Source of the DNA: Ylistrum balloti
Lineage: Eukaryota
Direction: 5' to 3'
NCBI RefSeq assembly: GCF_031769215.1
Contig: NW_026782196.1
Coordinates: 744,001-808,000, forward strand
DNA length: 64,000 nucleotides
Shown here: in pieces, positions 26,114 to 39,495 of the stretch
Numbering within the stretch: the stretch's first letter is position 1
Layout: the number at the start of each line of letters is the position of its first letter
Notes under the pieces: model-generated
What the model was told of the DNA's origin: nothing
What the model saw: the letters and a program-made list of their open reading frames with translations, nothing else
The model's database searches: none
Program-made: the position numbers and the translations under genes

Positions 26114-29100
26114 TCAACACAAATGCTTCTTGAGAAAGTCTACTGATAGCTGCCATGCGTTCCTTTGTGCTGCGGCGTGCTCCTTGGGATATCCTCCAGA
26201 CAGCAATAGATTATCTGAACATGATGTTTATAGATCACATTAGAACAAATGGTTTTCTTACAACTTTTCCATACATTTCATCATATTTTCTTCATATGAT
26301 AATTCATATTTAGCATAGGGCAATCTTTTTCTAAAACCTGAATGAAGTAATTATGTAGGAATATCATTTCTATGACAAAACATGGATATCTCAAATTGTC
26401 GTCCATAGTTGGTAAAAGATTTCTGAGGAAACTTCGCCTACAGTATAACTGTCATCGGTATATGTAAGTTCACCTGTTTGCTGTAGCAGCATTCAATAAA
26501 AACATAATGTCAAAATGTCAACAAAACTGATAATAGATATTAGCAGGAGTAAACAGCATACTATGAATGCAATGACTTCAAAATTTTACTTTGCTGAATG
26601 TCATGATTCAGATATTATCGAAACTGCTGTGTTCAAAAGCTTGAATTTCATGAATTTGATATTATCGAAACTGCCTATCAGAGAGTTTGTTCATCTTATA
26701 AGCATTAAAACAAAATTTAATCAGCCTAAAAATTAAATATATACAAATAAATACTTTCTTAGAGATACAATGTTTAAATATCCAAATCCTAGATGAATCC
26801 TGTAAATCCTCTTGTTATTTCGACAGTTCTGCAGCGTAAATAAACCTTCAGTACTAAAGATTAACCTATACATTATTTCGAGTCAAAATACAAAATCAGT
26901 ATCACACGTAAAAATGTAAAAAAAAATATGCATATGAGAACTTACAACTAGCACTCATGAATGGTCAACTCAGTGTGTGATAATGTATTACTGATGTTTT
27001 GTAGGAACTATTATGTCAACTGTTTGTATGAACTATTATGTCGACTATTGATGTTATGAATGGCGTCTTTGAAAAACTCACTATGTTGGTGTACGGGATT
27101 CTGTAGATGTAATGCCTGTTGGATCCTGTTAGCTGCCTCGACAACACGACACACTGGGGCGTGTGGCACCTCTATCAGATGTCCAGCTCCAGGATATACT
27201 ACAAACTCTGTTTTCTTTTGGCGATAATCTTGTGGCATGAATTCCTCATATAAGCGAACATTATATTCCATACGGGTCATGAGGTCATCGCCGCCGGATA
27301 TTGTCAGGAGGTGGGCGCCATGTGTCCAAGGCTACAAGAATACATGCATTCATTTCCTGACATAACTGTACATTCAAACATTCAAAGTAAGATATCAACA
27401 AGCGATCCAAGAGGGATATTAGCACCAACCAATGTATGATCTTTACTTGTTCTTTAGAAGTTGGATAATTTCTCCTTCTTTTCTCTTCTCTCCTCTGCTT
27501 TTGCTCTTAATGATACAAAATTACTTGGCAGAAATAGCAATAATAATCACCTGTCAAATCAAAGATGGCTGCCTGTCAGCCATTTTGTTTTTCTGATCAG
27601 TCCCAAAGTTACATTGGAACAACTAGAGTCCAAGGGGAAGCTACACATGAAATTTGAGAAAGATCTATGAAACATTTTTCAAGAAATAGCGGTAACAATC
27701 TTGCAAAGTCAAAATTCAAGACACCTGCCTATCGGCCATTTTGTTTATCTGATCAGGCCTAAATCTGAAAATAAGGACAAAGGGGAACCTTCATATGAAA
27801 GTTGGGAGAGCTCCATCCTGTACTTCCCAAGAAATATGTTAACAAATTTGCAAAGTCAAAATCCAAGGTGGCCACCTGTCGGCCATTTTGTTTTTCTGAT
27901 CAGACCCAAAATCAAATGAGCACAACTGTGGACCTAGGGGAACCTATATATATAATTTGAGAGAGATCCATTCAGTGATGTTTAAGAAATAGCAATAACA
28001 AACTTTCAAAGTCATGAGATCCATCAAGTTCTTAAGAAAAATAGTGATCAGTCCCAAACTCTATGGTACACATCTAGGGATGATGGGGTCCTACATAAGA
28101 AATATGAGAACTTCTGATGATGGTGGGCTGAAAAACAGCTGGAAATAAAGTTGGTCTAGAAACTGTCTCCAAAATTAGAGATGCTGTTTATGCTTTATTT
28201 CCTTCCATTTTTACTGATGATAAATTCAAAGTCTTTAATTTAGATATATACCAATCAGACATTTAGGTGAGGACACCTATAATTCAGTGTATGAGTGGCC
28301 AACTGACACTGCGGCTCAGTGGTATTAACTGAAACCATCTGAAAAGTCTTGACAACTATTTCTGAACAGAATTATTGTATGCTGATTTCACTTACTAGAT
28401 AGGTATTCAGTTTCTTTGTTCCAAACTCACCTTTAAAAAGGATTCGTCATGAACCACAAACATGTCCCTGACCGACAAACCTTCCTCCATTTTTTTAAAT
28501 CGTTCTATGTCGATCCTAGAAGGACAAAAACAACAAAGCAATATTGACATGTTCACAAAATATTTCTTCCTATTCACCGTAGATGTGAAAAAGGGCAAAA
28601 TATAAACAAGAGGAAGATTCACATAAAAATTCATGAATGTGAAAAGAAAATAACACCTGGCATTGTGGAAGGGTATTTCTTCTGCCCACCTCATGATTTT
28701 ATCACAAATCAATCACAGTTATGCCATATAAAAATGAGAACGAGGTTCATAACAACAAGACTACCAGACATACTGATGAGCATATAACATATCTAAAGAC
28801 AGCAAATTTTCCATTGAGATTGACAACCATTTAATACTATCTTAGTACCCATCATACTGCATCTCAGCTGAAGCCCTGTATTTTCAGTTTTTCTATCAGC
28901 TATGGATTTATGTTATGGAAACTGTGATACACCCTAAGTATAAATTGACTGTGATAGGTTGAAATGACAGTAAACATAATGTATTATAGAAAGAGAACAA
29001 TGGAGACATCACTATTCATGATGCTCTCAGTATTAAATAAATTGTACACAAATTGTCTGTGATAGGTTGAAATGACAGAAAACATAATGTATTATAGAAA

Positions 29101-32100
29101 GAGAACGATGGAGAGATCACTCTTCGTGACGCTCTCAGTAGCCATTTACAAAAGTGAAAATATACATGTAATGCAGTCATTTATAGATTGTTAAAAATTG
29201 AAAATAGTTTTAAGTGTAATTACTCCAGTGTTCTATTGATCAACAATGCTAAAAACACAAACACATCCTCTACACTGTATTAAGGAAGTAGATCAAGCAG
29301 TTACCAAGTTTTACATCCAATGTCAATTTTATTGTACGTCCAATTACTGTGAGTGTATGGCATTCCATTGATATTAACCACTGCTCTGACCTGGAATGAG
29401 AGGAATCTTTGTATTAATGAGTGAATCATCATATCTAAAAAAAGACTTGGTTCATATTAACTTCTCAACCCAACTGGGACGAAGGTCATAAATTTTATAG
29501 CACACCATCTAATCTCCTTACTATAATTTGTGTCACCTGTGGTGTATAAACAAAAACTGATTTCCACACACAAAGGATTGGGTTTTTGTATATAGACACA
29601 GATTTAATCAAAGCCTTCACTACAACATCAATCAACATATGAATTTGGAAGAGGGGAACTTACTCCCTGAATTATGTAACAGGTAAACATACGTTTGGAA
29701 TAGTCTGAGCCATCCACAATGCCATCGTTCCACCGAGACACAAAGACAACACACCAAGGCCATCTGAACGTACTTCTGGTAAACTAGCAAACCAATTTGC
29801 CGCATCCTGTATCACAAATTGAACAGCTTTTCTTTATTCTCCAATGAAGACAGGATTTAAGCACATCATACGATACATGTAGGTAAATCATGTGTCAATC
29901 ATGATATCTCGTCCTAAGCCCTAATTCTCCTTTACACACATGAAAACATACATGAAATATGCGTTTTAGAGTTTATATGTACATCTTTACTTGTGGAAAT
30001 AATTCCTACATCATTACATTGAATTTTCCTTTCGTATAATCTAGGCTGATCAACACAAATCTCATCTTCAGGATTCAAAACATTTTTGATTTTTGCCATA
30101 AGCCCATCAATGACATCATTATGGATTCTTTCTTCAAATGTAAATCTTTCAAAGAAAGCGTGCTTTATTGATTACCTCAAAATAATTTAGTTCGATGTTG
30201 AGCATTGTCTGTGGCAGATTCTTTCCGTTAACATATGACAAGGACAGAGTGGCAAATCCCTTGGATGCAAGCAGCGCTGCCCGTCCCTCCACGATTGCCA
30301 CCAGGCCACCGTACATATCAATGACCCCCGGGAAGGGACCTGGACCTGTGGTAGGAGTATCATATTAACTAGAATCAATCACAAATACCGTATAATTTTA
30401 CTAGACAAGATCGAAATCATCAATCTTCATTTCTATTATGCATATATATATAATTCAAAAAAGATAAAAACTTTGTGTATCGTATATATAGAAAATCAAA
30501 ACATTCACATGGCAAATAAAATCGTATGAAATCGCTGCTAACATTTTCCACAAGGCCGGAAAACATTAGCGGCCATTTCATACGATTTTATTTGCCATGT
30601 TAATATGTGAGAGATTGCCAGCCTTCACTTCAAGATCTCTCAATCATCACAATCAGCGAGAGATTGACAGCCTTCACTTCAAGATCTGTCAATCATCACA
30701 ATCAGTGACAGATTGACAGTCTTCACTTCAAGATCTGTCAATCATCACAATCAGTGAGAGATTGACAGCCTTCACTTCAAGATCTGTCAATCATCACAAT
30801 CAGTGACAGATTGACAGCCTTCACTTCAAGATCTGTCAATCATCACAATCAGTGAGAGATTGACAGTCTTCACTTCAAGATCTGTCAATCATCACAATCA
30901 GTGAGAGATTGACAGCCTTCACTTCAAGATCTGTCAATCATCACAATCAGTGAGAGATTGACAGCCTTCACTTCAAGATCTGTCAATCATCACAATCAGT
31001 GAGAGATTGACAGCCTTCACTTCAAGATCTGTCAATCATCACAATCAGTGAGAGATTGACAGCCTTCACTTCAAGATCTGTCAATCATCACAATCAGTGA
31101 GAGATTGACAGCCTTCACTTCAAGATCTGTCAATCATCACAAACAGTGAGAGATTGACAGCCTTCACTTCAAGATCTGTCAATCATCACAAACAGTGAGA
31201 GATTGACAGCCTTCACTTCAAGATCTGTCAATCATCACAATCAGTGAGAGATTGACAGCCTTCACTTCAAGATCTGTCAATCATCACAATCAGTGAGAGA
31301 CTGACAGCCTTCACTTCAAGATCTGTCAATCATCACAATCAGTGAGAGATTGACAGCCTTCACTTCAAGATCTGTCAATCTACTCGACCCAAACTCAAAC
31401 TGGCACAACTAGGATCCTAAAGGAACCTATACATAAAATTTGAGAAAGATCTATTCAGTAGTTCTCAAGATATAGTGATAACAAACATTCAAAGTCAAAA
31501 TCCAAGATGGCCACTTGTGGGCCATTTTGATTTTCTGATCAGACCCAAAATAACATGGGCACAACTAGAGACCAAGTGGAACCTACATATAAAATTTGAG
31601 AGAGATCCATCCTTGACTTTTTTGAGGAAATAGCGAAAACAAACTTCATTGAAAAAGTCCAAGATGGCTGCCTGTTGGCCAATTTTCTTGTTTTGATCAG
31701 TCCCAAAATTAAAATGGGCACAACTAGAGACCAAGGGAAACTTACATATACAATTTGAGAAAGGTCCATCCAGTGCTTCTCAAAAAAAATAGCCATAACA
31801 AATATTGTTTATGGATAGAATGATGCAGAGCGATTTGAATTGCCCACCATCTGATCAGAGTGGGCTAAAAAGATATGTAAATTTCTGTTTTAGAACAGCA
31901 ACGACATGAAAGTTTGGCAGCCATTACATTGAGGAAACAAATCCTGCTACCTTCACAGTTAAAACATAAAAGATCAAAGAATCTCTTGTTAGTACTAAAA
32001 AGGCCAGAAATCATCACATTTGTGAATCAGAAAAATGATCACACAATTGTCAATGTCAAAACATAAAAGATTAAGGACTAACTTCTGAGTCTAAACGTGA

Positions 32101-35100
32101 TAGATCGGGAAAATTCACAGTCATAAACAATAATGCAAACCTTAATAAAGATAATGTTATAAATGAGGTAGAGACACTTCAACAAATCTCAACGGTCAAC
32201 TTGTAAAGAGGCAGTCATCAGTCAGGTCGGGAATGTTAAGCAATCTCCACAGTCAAAAAGTTATAGATGAGCAATCATCAAATTTGGAACATAAAAAATC
32301 CTACAACATTCCATGAAAACATAGCTCATTTTCACAATCTAAATGAGAAAGTTAAAGGTCAGGCAATCTTCACAGTCAAATTGTGACACTTCACCAATTA
32401 TTACAGTGAGAAAATGTGAGAGATTAGGCAATGCTCACCATTACAATGTAAAACAATCCTCATATCGTGAAAGTGAAAGATACATAACACCTTGTCATAT
32501 AAATTTTGGATTAGATACAGTAGTGACAAACAATGAATTAAATACATCAAATAGCTGTTTCGCCCTTCTTAGACTCGTCAGTAATGGTATATCATACAGC
32601 TGTTTCATCCTTCTAGGATCCTTCAATATGTCCTACCTGCATAAATATGTTGTTGAATCTTAACTCTTCTGTTGAAATAGAAGTGAAATAAAACAAACTG
32701 AAGGCATACCTTCTGGTAGAAAGACAGTGCCTTGGAGTCGTGGATGTTCAACAGGTATTCGTCTTGTATCAGAAGATTTGTACCATCTTTTATGCTCAAC
32801 AGATGCGAACATTTTCGTTCTATCTTTGAGGTACTGACTTGGATCATCTGATTCTGGGAACACACTAAAGGTAAATATCCTTGGCTTGATAGCTCTGGCT
32901 TGGAACATGCGCCAATGTGCTGGTAACCATGGTGCTGCCACCATACTCCAAATTAAGCCTACAGGATCTGCTTCTGTTGGTGAAAACCATTTAACATTAA
33001 AGAGATACGAAGTTGAGTGATTTATACTTATCATAGATTAAATAATAACAGTGGGATAATATCTCAGATCTACTCAATATTTAGGCATTTTCTGACCAAC
33101 AAACTACGAAATCTAACCAGCTGCTAGACCATGTAGTTCTAGGAAATTTGAAAAAACAAATCTCCTTTGTCTGCTCTTTATTGTATTATGGAATAAAAAT
33201 AATGTGGAACATCAAATGGGTATTTTTTTTCTTGTCCTTTACTATCGTTACATCATGGAAAAAACAGATACTTTTCATTTCAATATTACTTCTAGATATC
33301 TTAGTCTTTTGTTATCTGTGGATTTCCCCTAGACCCTCCAGTAAGTCTTTTGTTATCTGTGGATTTCCCCAAGACCCTCCAGTAAGTCTTTTGTTATCTG
33401 TGGATTTCCCCTAGACCCTCCAGTAAGTCTTTTGTTATCGGTGGATTTCCCCAAGACCCTCCAGTAAGTCTTTTGTTATCTGTGGATTTCCCCTAGACCC
33501 TCCAGTAAGTCTTTTGTTATCTGTGGATTTCCCCTAGACCCTCCAGTAAGTCTTTTGTTATCTGTGGATTTCCCCTAGACCCTCCAGTAAGTCTTTTGTT
33601 ATCTGTGGATTTCCCCTAGACCCTCCAGTAAGTCTTTTGTTATCGGTGGATTTCCCCAAGACCCTCCAGTAAGTCTTTTGTTATCTGTGGATTTCCCCTA
33701 GACCCTCCAGTAAGTCTTTTGTTATCTGTGGATTTCCCCTAGACCCTCCAGTAAGTCTTTTGTTATCTGTGGATTTCCCCTAGACCCTCCATAAGTCTTT
33801 TGTCAGAATATACATTGCCTATATGATACTCTGATAAGTTAAACACCATTTTTATACAAGCCTCTCAATATTTAAGCATACATCTATAGACATCTGTTGA
33901 GAAGAGTTAAAGGTTTCCATATAACAATCCTTCATACCATCATAACTGCCGCTAATTGGTGTATCCGTGCTAAGATCTACAACACCACTGTCATTGGCTC
34001 GAAATACACCATGTGACCAAAAGAGATTTCCATCTATTTCTGTCGTAGCCAGGATTGTGACTTTTTCGCTTGGAGTCAATTTGGAAACTTTCACAACAAT
34101 GTCCTCATCCATCAAACACTCTGATTTGTCCACATTTAGTCCAATGCCTCGAATGAATGATGAAAAATGTCGAATAGGTTGAGTACATGTAGAATGGCAC
34201 TTTTGTAAGTGCAGTGCACATGATAAATTTTCATGAGCCAATGAACACATAAGTCGTCGTATAGTCTTTCGAGTCTGTAAAAAAAGAAAATGTTTTCACA
34301 TACTGAGCAAAGCAGAAATGAACTCCAGGGTACCACTCAATCATTAACCTTCCCCAAAAATTAAACACCATAATAATTAACGTGATTATGGACATATAAC
34401 CCAAATCAAGTCGTAATAGACAACATTTATTTCTCATTTGTATCTGTATTTACTACAATGTAGAAATGATATGATACACCACAGGTTATTTACTACAAAC
34501 AGGGGTCTATAAAGTAGAAAGGGGTTCTTTTCTATAGTAACACATGTATAAGGAAAGGTATGCAGAGTCATGCTCCATTTTGACTATTTCTATTACGTAA
34601 TTTACAGTGACAGATACTATGGACAGTAAAACCTTGACACCAGTGAGGTGTTCGCCATTTTGGTTGTATATCTGGCTGTGATAGATGCTGGACCATGTTT
34701 AGCCATTCATGGTCACTGTTATTAATTCAGTCTACAGCACACCTTATCTTCTTTCATGGGTGATCATGACTACATGACCATGAAAGTGGTTGTGTGCAGT
34801 AAACTGTTGCAACACAAAACAATAAGAAAATACCATTCTGTCAACATGACTGTTGCCTAAATTCAATAAAACTAGGGAACAAAAGAAAAAATAACACAGT
34901 GACTCACAAAACATCAGCAGAACTAATGCCAAATCAAGGAAGAAAAAAGTCCAAATAACGAAATGTTCATGTCAGTAGAACTATGATCAACATGAACAAA
35001 TCTGTAATTTACTTTTAAGAAAATGAAGTTATCTAGTTTTTTTCTGAACCATGTACGATTTATGCACTCTACATGGACCTGAGAATTTCACATAGGTACA

Positions 35101-35530
35101 GTCTAGGTTGATGATACACATGTTGTATATAGACAGTACTTTTAAACATCGTGTGTACTTATATGTGACGCAATGTCGCTTGCATAGAAATCTTTACTGG
35201 AAGTTAAAATTCTATACAATGCTTAGACATGTCCTTTTTCAAAATTACTGTAATCAAATCTGGCTTTCCGCTGATACTTTAGAACTTTAACCTACGCATG
35301 TTCATTTGTGTATCTGTGTGTACTGTGTGTAATTGTTGTATCTAACTAAACATTGTACGTACGTACCTCGACTCTTTTTAGTTGTAAATCTTAATCGACA
35401 GATGTTATTTGATAACAGCACACTCATGTTATTAGTTAAATTCCCATTGTACAAATGTCAAAATGGATACCTGCGAGTAATTCCATGAACGTCTCGGACA
35501 CAGTCCTAAAATTGAACAGCGTCTGAACAT
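26114..35530 (-). CDS. Type I acyl-CoA thioesterase / BAAT-family alpha/beta hydrolase, 9 exons, Cys nucleophile, predicted mitochondrial presequence
   Basis: Exons 35530-35471, 34274-33938, 32973-32710, 30345-30176, 29806-29693, 29390-29305, 28515-28431, 27331-27082, 26214-26114, all in phase. Motifs: DPVGLIWSM; GPGPFPGVIDMYGG...EGRAALLASKGFATLSLSY; GLGVLSLCLGG; VRAVVNING; ISGGDD (Asp); YPGAGHLIE (His); GGYPKEHAAAQRNAW. Exon 1 is less certain than the rest. Confidence 0.9.
27540..28090 (+). mobile_element. Non-autonomous dispersed repeat with ~135-bp internal subunits (copy 1)
   Basis: Recurring module CAAAGTCAAAATCCAAG(A/G)TGGC...GGCCATTTTGTTTTTCTGATCAG...CCCAAA; related to 31385-31865 and 52860-53830. 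Confidence 0.65.
30610..31380. repeat. 49-bp minisatellite with internal hairpin, about 15 copies
   Basis: Unit GAGAGATTGACAGCCTTCACTTCAAGATCTGTCAATCATCACAATCAGT; GATTGACAG and CTGTCAATC are reverse complements. Confidence 0.95.
31385..31865 (+). mobile_element. Non-autonomous dispersed repeat (copy 2)
   Basis: Same modules as 27540-28090 (AACTAG..CCAAGGGAAC, AAAGTCAAAATCCAAGATGGC, CTGATCAG.CCCAAAAT). Confidence 0.65.
33305..33800. repeat. 41-bp minisatellite, about 12 copies
   Basis: Unit TAGACCCTCCAGTAAGTCTTTTGTTATCTGTGGATTTCCCC. Confidence 0.95.
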
Positions 35531-35984
35531 CGTGGATCGTGAAATGGTCAGCCTTCACACATATCAGACTGACCCAGTGACCTCTTCCTCTCGTGACTTA
35601 GGTACGCTACGAATAACAAACTCCTAGTGTTAAAACTTTACAGAAAAGATTACAATTGGTCTGCAGACATATTTTCCAACTCAATAATAAAAAAGGAAGA
35701 AAAATATTTGTATATCTCATTGGAAAGAAAAATAACCGCCAAGGTTTCGTATTTTTCGAGGCATGAACAAACAGAAAGTGAAAATAGAATAGCATAGTTC
35801 TGTCATTTGGCTGACAGTGTGTGCGCGGCGCTTCATCTGACAAATTATAAAAACAAGTATGATAAGATAATATTTAAGAAGAGATATATATTTGTACTGA
35901 ATGTGTGTATTGTGTAGTGTATGTCCTGTAACTATATATTTGTACTGAATGTGTGTATTGTGTAGTGTGTGTCCTGTAACTAAC

Positions 35985-37630
35985 TCCTCATCCCACTGCT
36001 AGTTTGACCAATCCGGCTACCGTAGCGGCCTCAGGAGATAAACTCCAACCGGCACAGCTCTCACTACCAGCTTCAGAGGAGATAGTCTGGATAAAAAGAA
36101 AGAGTTGATAGCCCCTGCTTGAAGGATACCAAGTCAGGGGCCTCAGCTGCAGTGGCTGGGAGAGAGTTCCAAAGTGGGATAGTAGATGGAAAGAAACTGT
36201 ACCTGAAAGTGCTTTTGGATGAGGGGAGATGAGAGAACTTTAGTGAGTGGTTCCTACGAGTGCAAGTTGTAGATGGTGTTAAGTAGGTTTCTGTTGTGAT
36301 ATCCACTAACTTGTGGGCAATCTTGTACATGATGGCGAGCTGGATCTTAAGCCGTCTTGATTTCAGTGTCTCCCATTGTAGAGTCTGCATCATCTCAGAT
36401 ACACTGCTGGTATTGCGAAATCTGTTGGTGGTGTACAGCACCGCTCTCCTTTGGACCATCTCAAGTTGGTCCACTTGTTTCTTGGTGTGTGGGCTCCACA
36501 CTGATGAGCAGTACTCTAAGGTTGGGCGAACAAATGTATAGTATGCGCGTGCCTTTATATCCTCATTGGAGATCTACAGGTTTCTTCTGAGGAAGCCAAG
36601 AGTGCTGTTTGCTTTCTTGCGTACTCTATCTATGTGGTGGTTCCAAGTTAAGTCTGCTGAGATATCCACCCTGAGATACTTGCTGGAATTAGTCTCCTCA
36701 AGTAAGTGTCCTTTAAGATGGTACCAGGCTTGGATGGTCTTCCTGTTCTTAGTGACCCTCAGAACACTACACTTGTCTGGGTGGAACTCCATACCCCACA
36801 GTTTTTCCCACTTTGCCAGCTCTGAAAGATCTGTTTTCAGTGTGTCAACATCTTCTTCTCCTCTCACTGTTCTGTAGACTATGCAGTCATCTGCGAAAAG
36901 TCTGACCTGGGACACTATGTTGTTGGGGAGGTCATTGATGAACAGTAGGAAGAGAAGAAGTCCGAGACAAGTCCCCTGAGGGACACCGCTGACAACTGGG
37001 GCTTCCTCCGACAACTTGCCCTCTACCATGACCTGCTGGGTTCGTCCTTCCAAGAAGCTCCTTATCCAGGATTGTGTCGGTCCTCTGATACCACAGAAGT
37101 CTAACTTCCTAAGCAACCGTCGGTGAGGTACCTGGTCAAAGGCTTTTGAAAAGTCCAGGATAATGAGATCTGTCTGGAGTCCCCTGTCGATGTTATTTGC
37201 CAGGTCATGGCATAGGGTGAGAAGTTGGGTCTCCCAGTCTCTTCTGGCCCTAAATCCATGCTGACAATCATTCAGGATGCTGTGCCTGTCTAGGTGGGAC
37301 ATTCGTCTTCTTCCACTCAGATGGTAATATTCCAGTGCTGAAGCAGCTGTGGTATATTCTTGTATATTCTTCCTCAGCAAGATTCTTTAGTAGCCTGGCA
37401 GAGATGTTGTCTGGACCGCTGGCCTTACTAAGATTGATGTTAAGCAGTAACTTTGTAACCCCTCTCTCTTCTATGGTGATGTTCTCTATGGAAGGATATG
37501 GTGTTCCTGGCAGTCCTGGGACAGATGACTGGTCCTCCTTAGTAAATACTGATTGGTACTGCCTATTGACGATGTTAGCCTTGTCCAAAGCATCTGAATG
37601 TAACTTCCCATCATCCTTCAAGGAGGCTAT
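35985..37630 (-). mobile_element. 5'-truncated CR1/L2-group LINE: ORF2 reverse-transcriptase fragment and 3' UTR
   Basis: KASGPDNISARLLK; QHGFR; DLIILDFSKAFDQVPH; GVPQGTCLGLLLFLLFINDL; LFADDC; KANSTLGFLRRNL; YTFVRPTLEYCSSVWSP; YSFFPSTIPLWNSLP. One in-frame stop near 36574 and an internal deletion with frameshift near 37290. Confidence 0.92.
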
Positions 37631-38029
37631 GTAATTACAATTATTAGTTTAAAAGATATTTTTTTATTAAATATTCACCAATTTTACACATAGATATGAT
37701 ACTTAAATGGGATGAGAAAAGAAGATTAGAACTTACCTTAATTCCAAGTTCAGTGTAACGGAATGAGCATGTTGTCCATATGATACCAGTGACAGCAAGG
37801 AAAACACAATGTTTACATTATTTACGACATTTATTTCCTATGTACAATATGAACAATAGCTACAAACATTTTCACCATTTACACTCGCACTCACATATCA
37901 ACCTAAGAATACAACACAAACGTTATAAGCATCATACTAAGTAATATTAGTTCATTGATGGGGTGTTTTCCATTATGATAATGCACTGTAAAACAGTCAA
38001 TATCGGCGGGCAGCATTCCACCTCGGAGC

Positions 38030-38215
38030 AAGTCACAATGCCACGTCACAATGCCACGTCACAACACCAGGTCACAATGCCACGTCACAACGCCATGTCA
38101 CAACATCAAGTCACAACGCCGCGTTATGCCACGTCACAACGCCACGTCACAACACCACGTCACAACACCAAGTCACAACGCCACGTCACAACACCATGTC
38201 ACAACACCACGTCAT
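38030..38215. repeat. Degenerate ~11-bp tandem repeat (CCACGTCACAA-like)
   Basis: Repeated CACGTCACAA(C/T) motif. Confidence 0.8.
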
Positions 38216-38304
38216 TGATACCACATCGCTGGGTACCACAAAGGATATCAAAGGACACAGTTTCACTCCACCAACGGTCTGGTCATGTCTAAATACTAAG
38301 TATC

Positions 38305-39495
38305 TACACCAGTTCAACATGGAACTCCTTAACACATCAAAATACCTCATCAGATCCCTATCCTGGTCATTGTCCTGATCCACCAGTTCACCATGGAACT
38401 CCTTAACACATCAAAATACCTCATCAGACCCCTATCCTGGTCATTGTCCTGATCCACCAGTTCACCATGGAACTCCTTAACACATCAAAATACCTCATCA
38501 GACCCCTATCCTGGTCATTGTCCTGATCCACCAGTTCACCATAGAACTCCTTAACACATCAAAATACCTCATCAGACCCCTATCCTGGTCATTGTCCTGA
38601 TCCACCAGTTCACCATAGAACTCCTTAACACATCAAAATACCTCATCAGACCCCTATCCTGGTCATTGTCCTGATCCACCAGTTCACCATAGAACTCCTT
38701 AACACATCAAAATACCTCATCAGACCCCTATCCTGGTCATTGTCCTGATCCACCAGTTCACCATAGAACTCCTTAACACATCAAAATACCTCATCAGACC
38801 CCTATCCTGGTCATTGTCCTGATCCACCAGTTCACCATAGAACTCCTTAACACATCAAAATACCTCATCAGACCCCTATCCTGGTCATTGTCCTGATCCA
38901 CCAGTTCACCATAGAACTCCTTAACACATCAAAATACCTCATCAGACCCCTATCCTGGTCATTGTCCTGATCCACCAGTTCACCATAGAACTCCTTAACA
39001 CATCAAAATACCTCATCAGACCCCTATCCTGGTCATTGTCCTGATCCACCAGTTCACCATGGAACTCCTTAACACATCAAAATACCTCATCAGACCCCTA
39101 TCCTGGTCATTGTCATGATCCACCAGTTCACATGGAACTCCTTAACACATCAAAATACCTCATCAGACCCCTATCCTGGTCATTGTCATGATCCACCAGT
39201 TCACCATGGAACTCCTTAACACATCAAAATACCTCATCAGACCCCTATCCTGGTCATTGTCCTGATCCACCAGTTCACCATGGAACTCCTTAACACATCA
39301 AAATACCTCATCAGACCCCTATCCTGGTCATTGTCATGATCCACCAGTTCACCATGGAACTCCTTAACACATCAAAATACCTCATCAGACCCCTAACTTG
39401 GTCATTGTCCTGATCCACCAGTTCACCATAGAACTCCTTAACACATCAAAATAGATCATCAGACCCCTATCCTGGTCATTGTCATGATCCACCAG
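38305..39495. repeat. 74-bp minisatellite, about 16 near-identical copies
   Basis: Unit CCAGTTCACCAT(A/G)GAACTCCTTAACACATCAAAATACCTCATCAGACCCCTATCCTGGTCATTGTC(C/A)TGATCCA; starts at 38383 and 38457 are 74 bp apart. Confidence 0.96.

Noticed and set aside
28407-28712. ORF 28407-28712 as a single ACOT exon
   Set aside because: Only 28515-28431 is exon; the preceding in-phase exon is 29390-29305 (VRAVVNING).
24705-29140. Small repeats at 24705-24840 (~19 bp), 25845-25960 (~27 bp) and 28950-29140 (~112-bp duplication)
   Set aside because: Real but ordinary short tandem duplications with no further structure.
30610-31380. CRISPR-like look of hairpin-bearing or regular repeats (also 38305-39495, 62100-62800)
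   Set aside because: Units are contiguous without unique spacers, no cas genes are present, and the context is eukaryotic.
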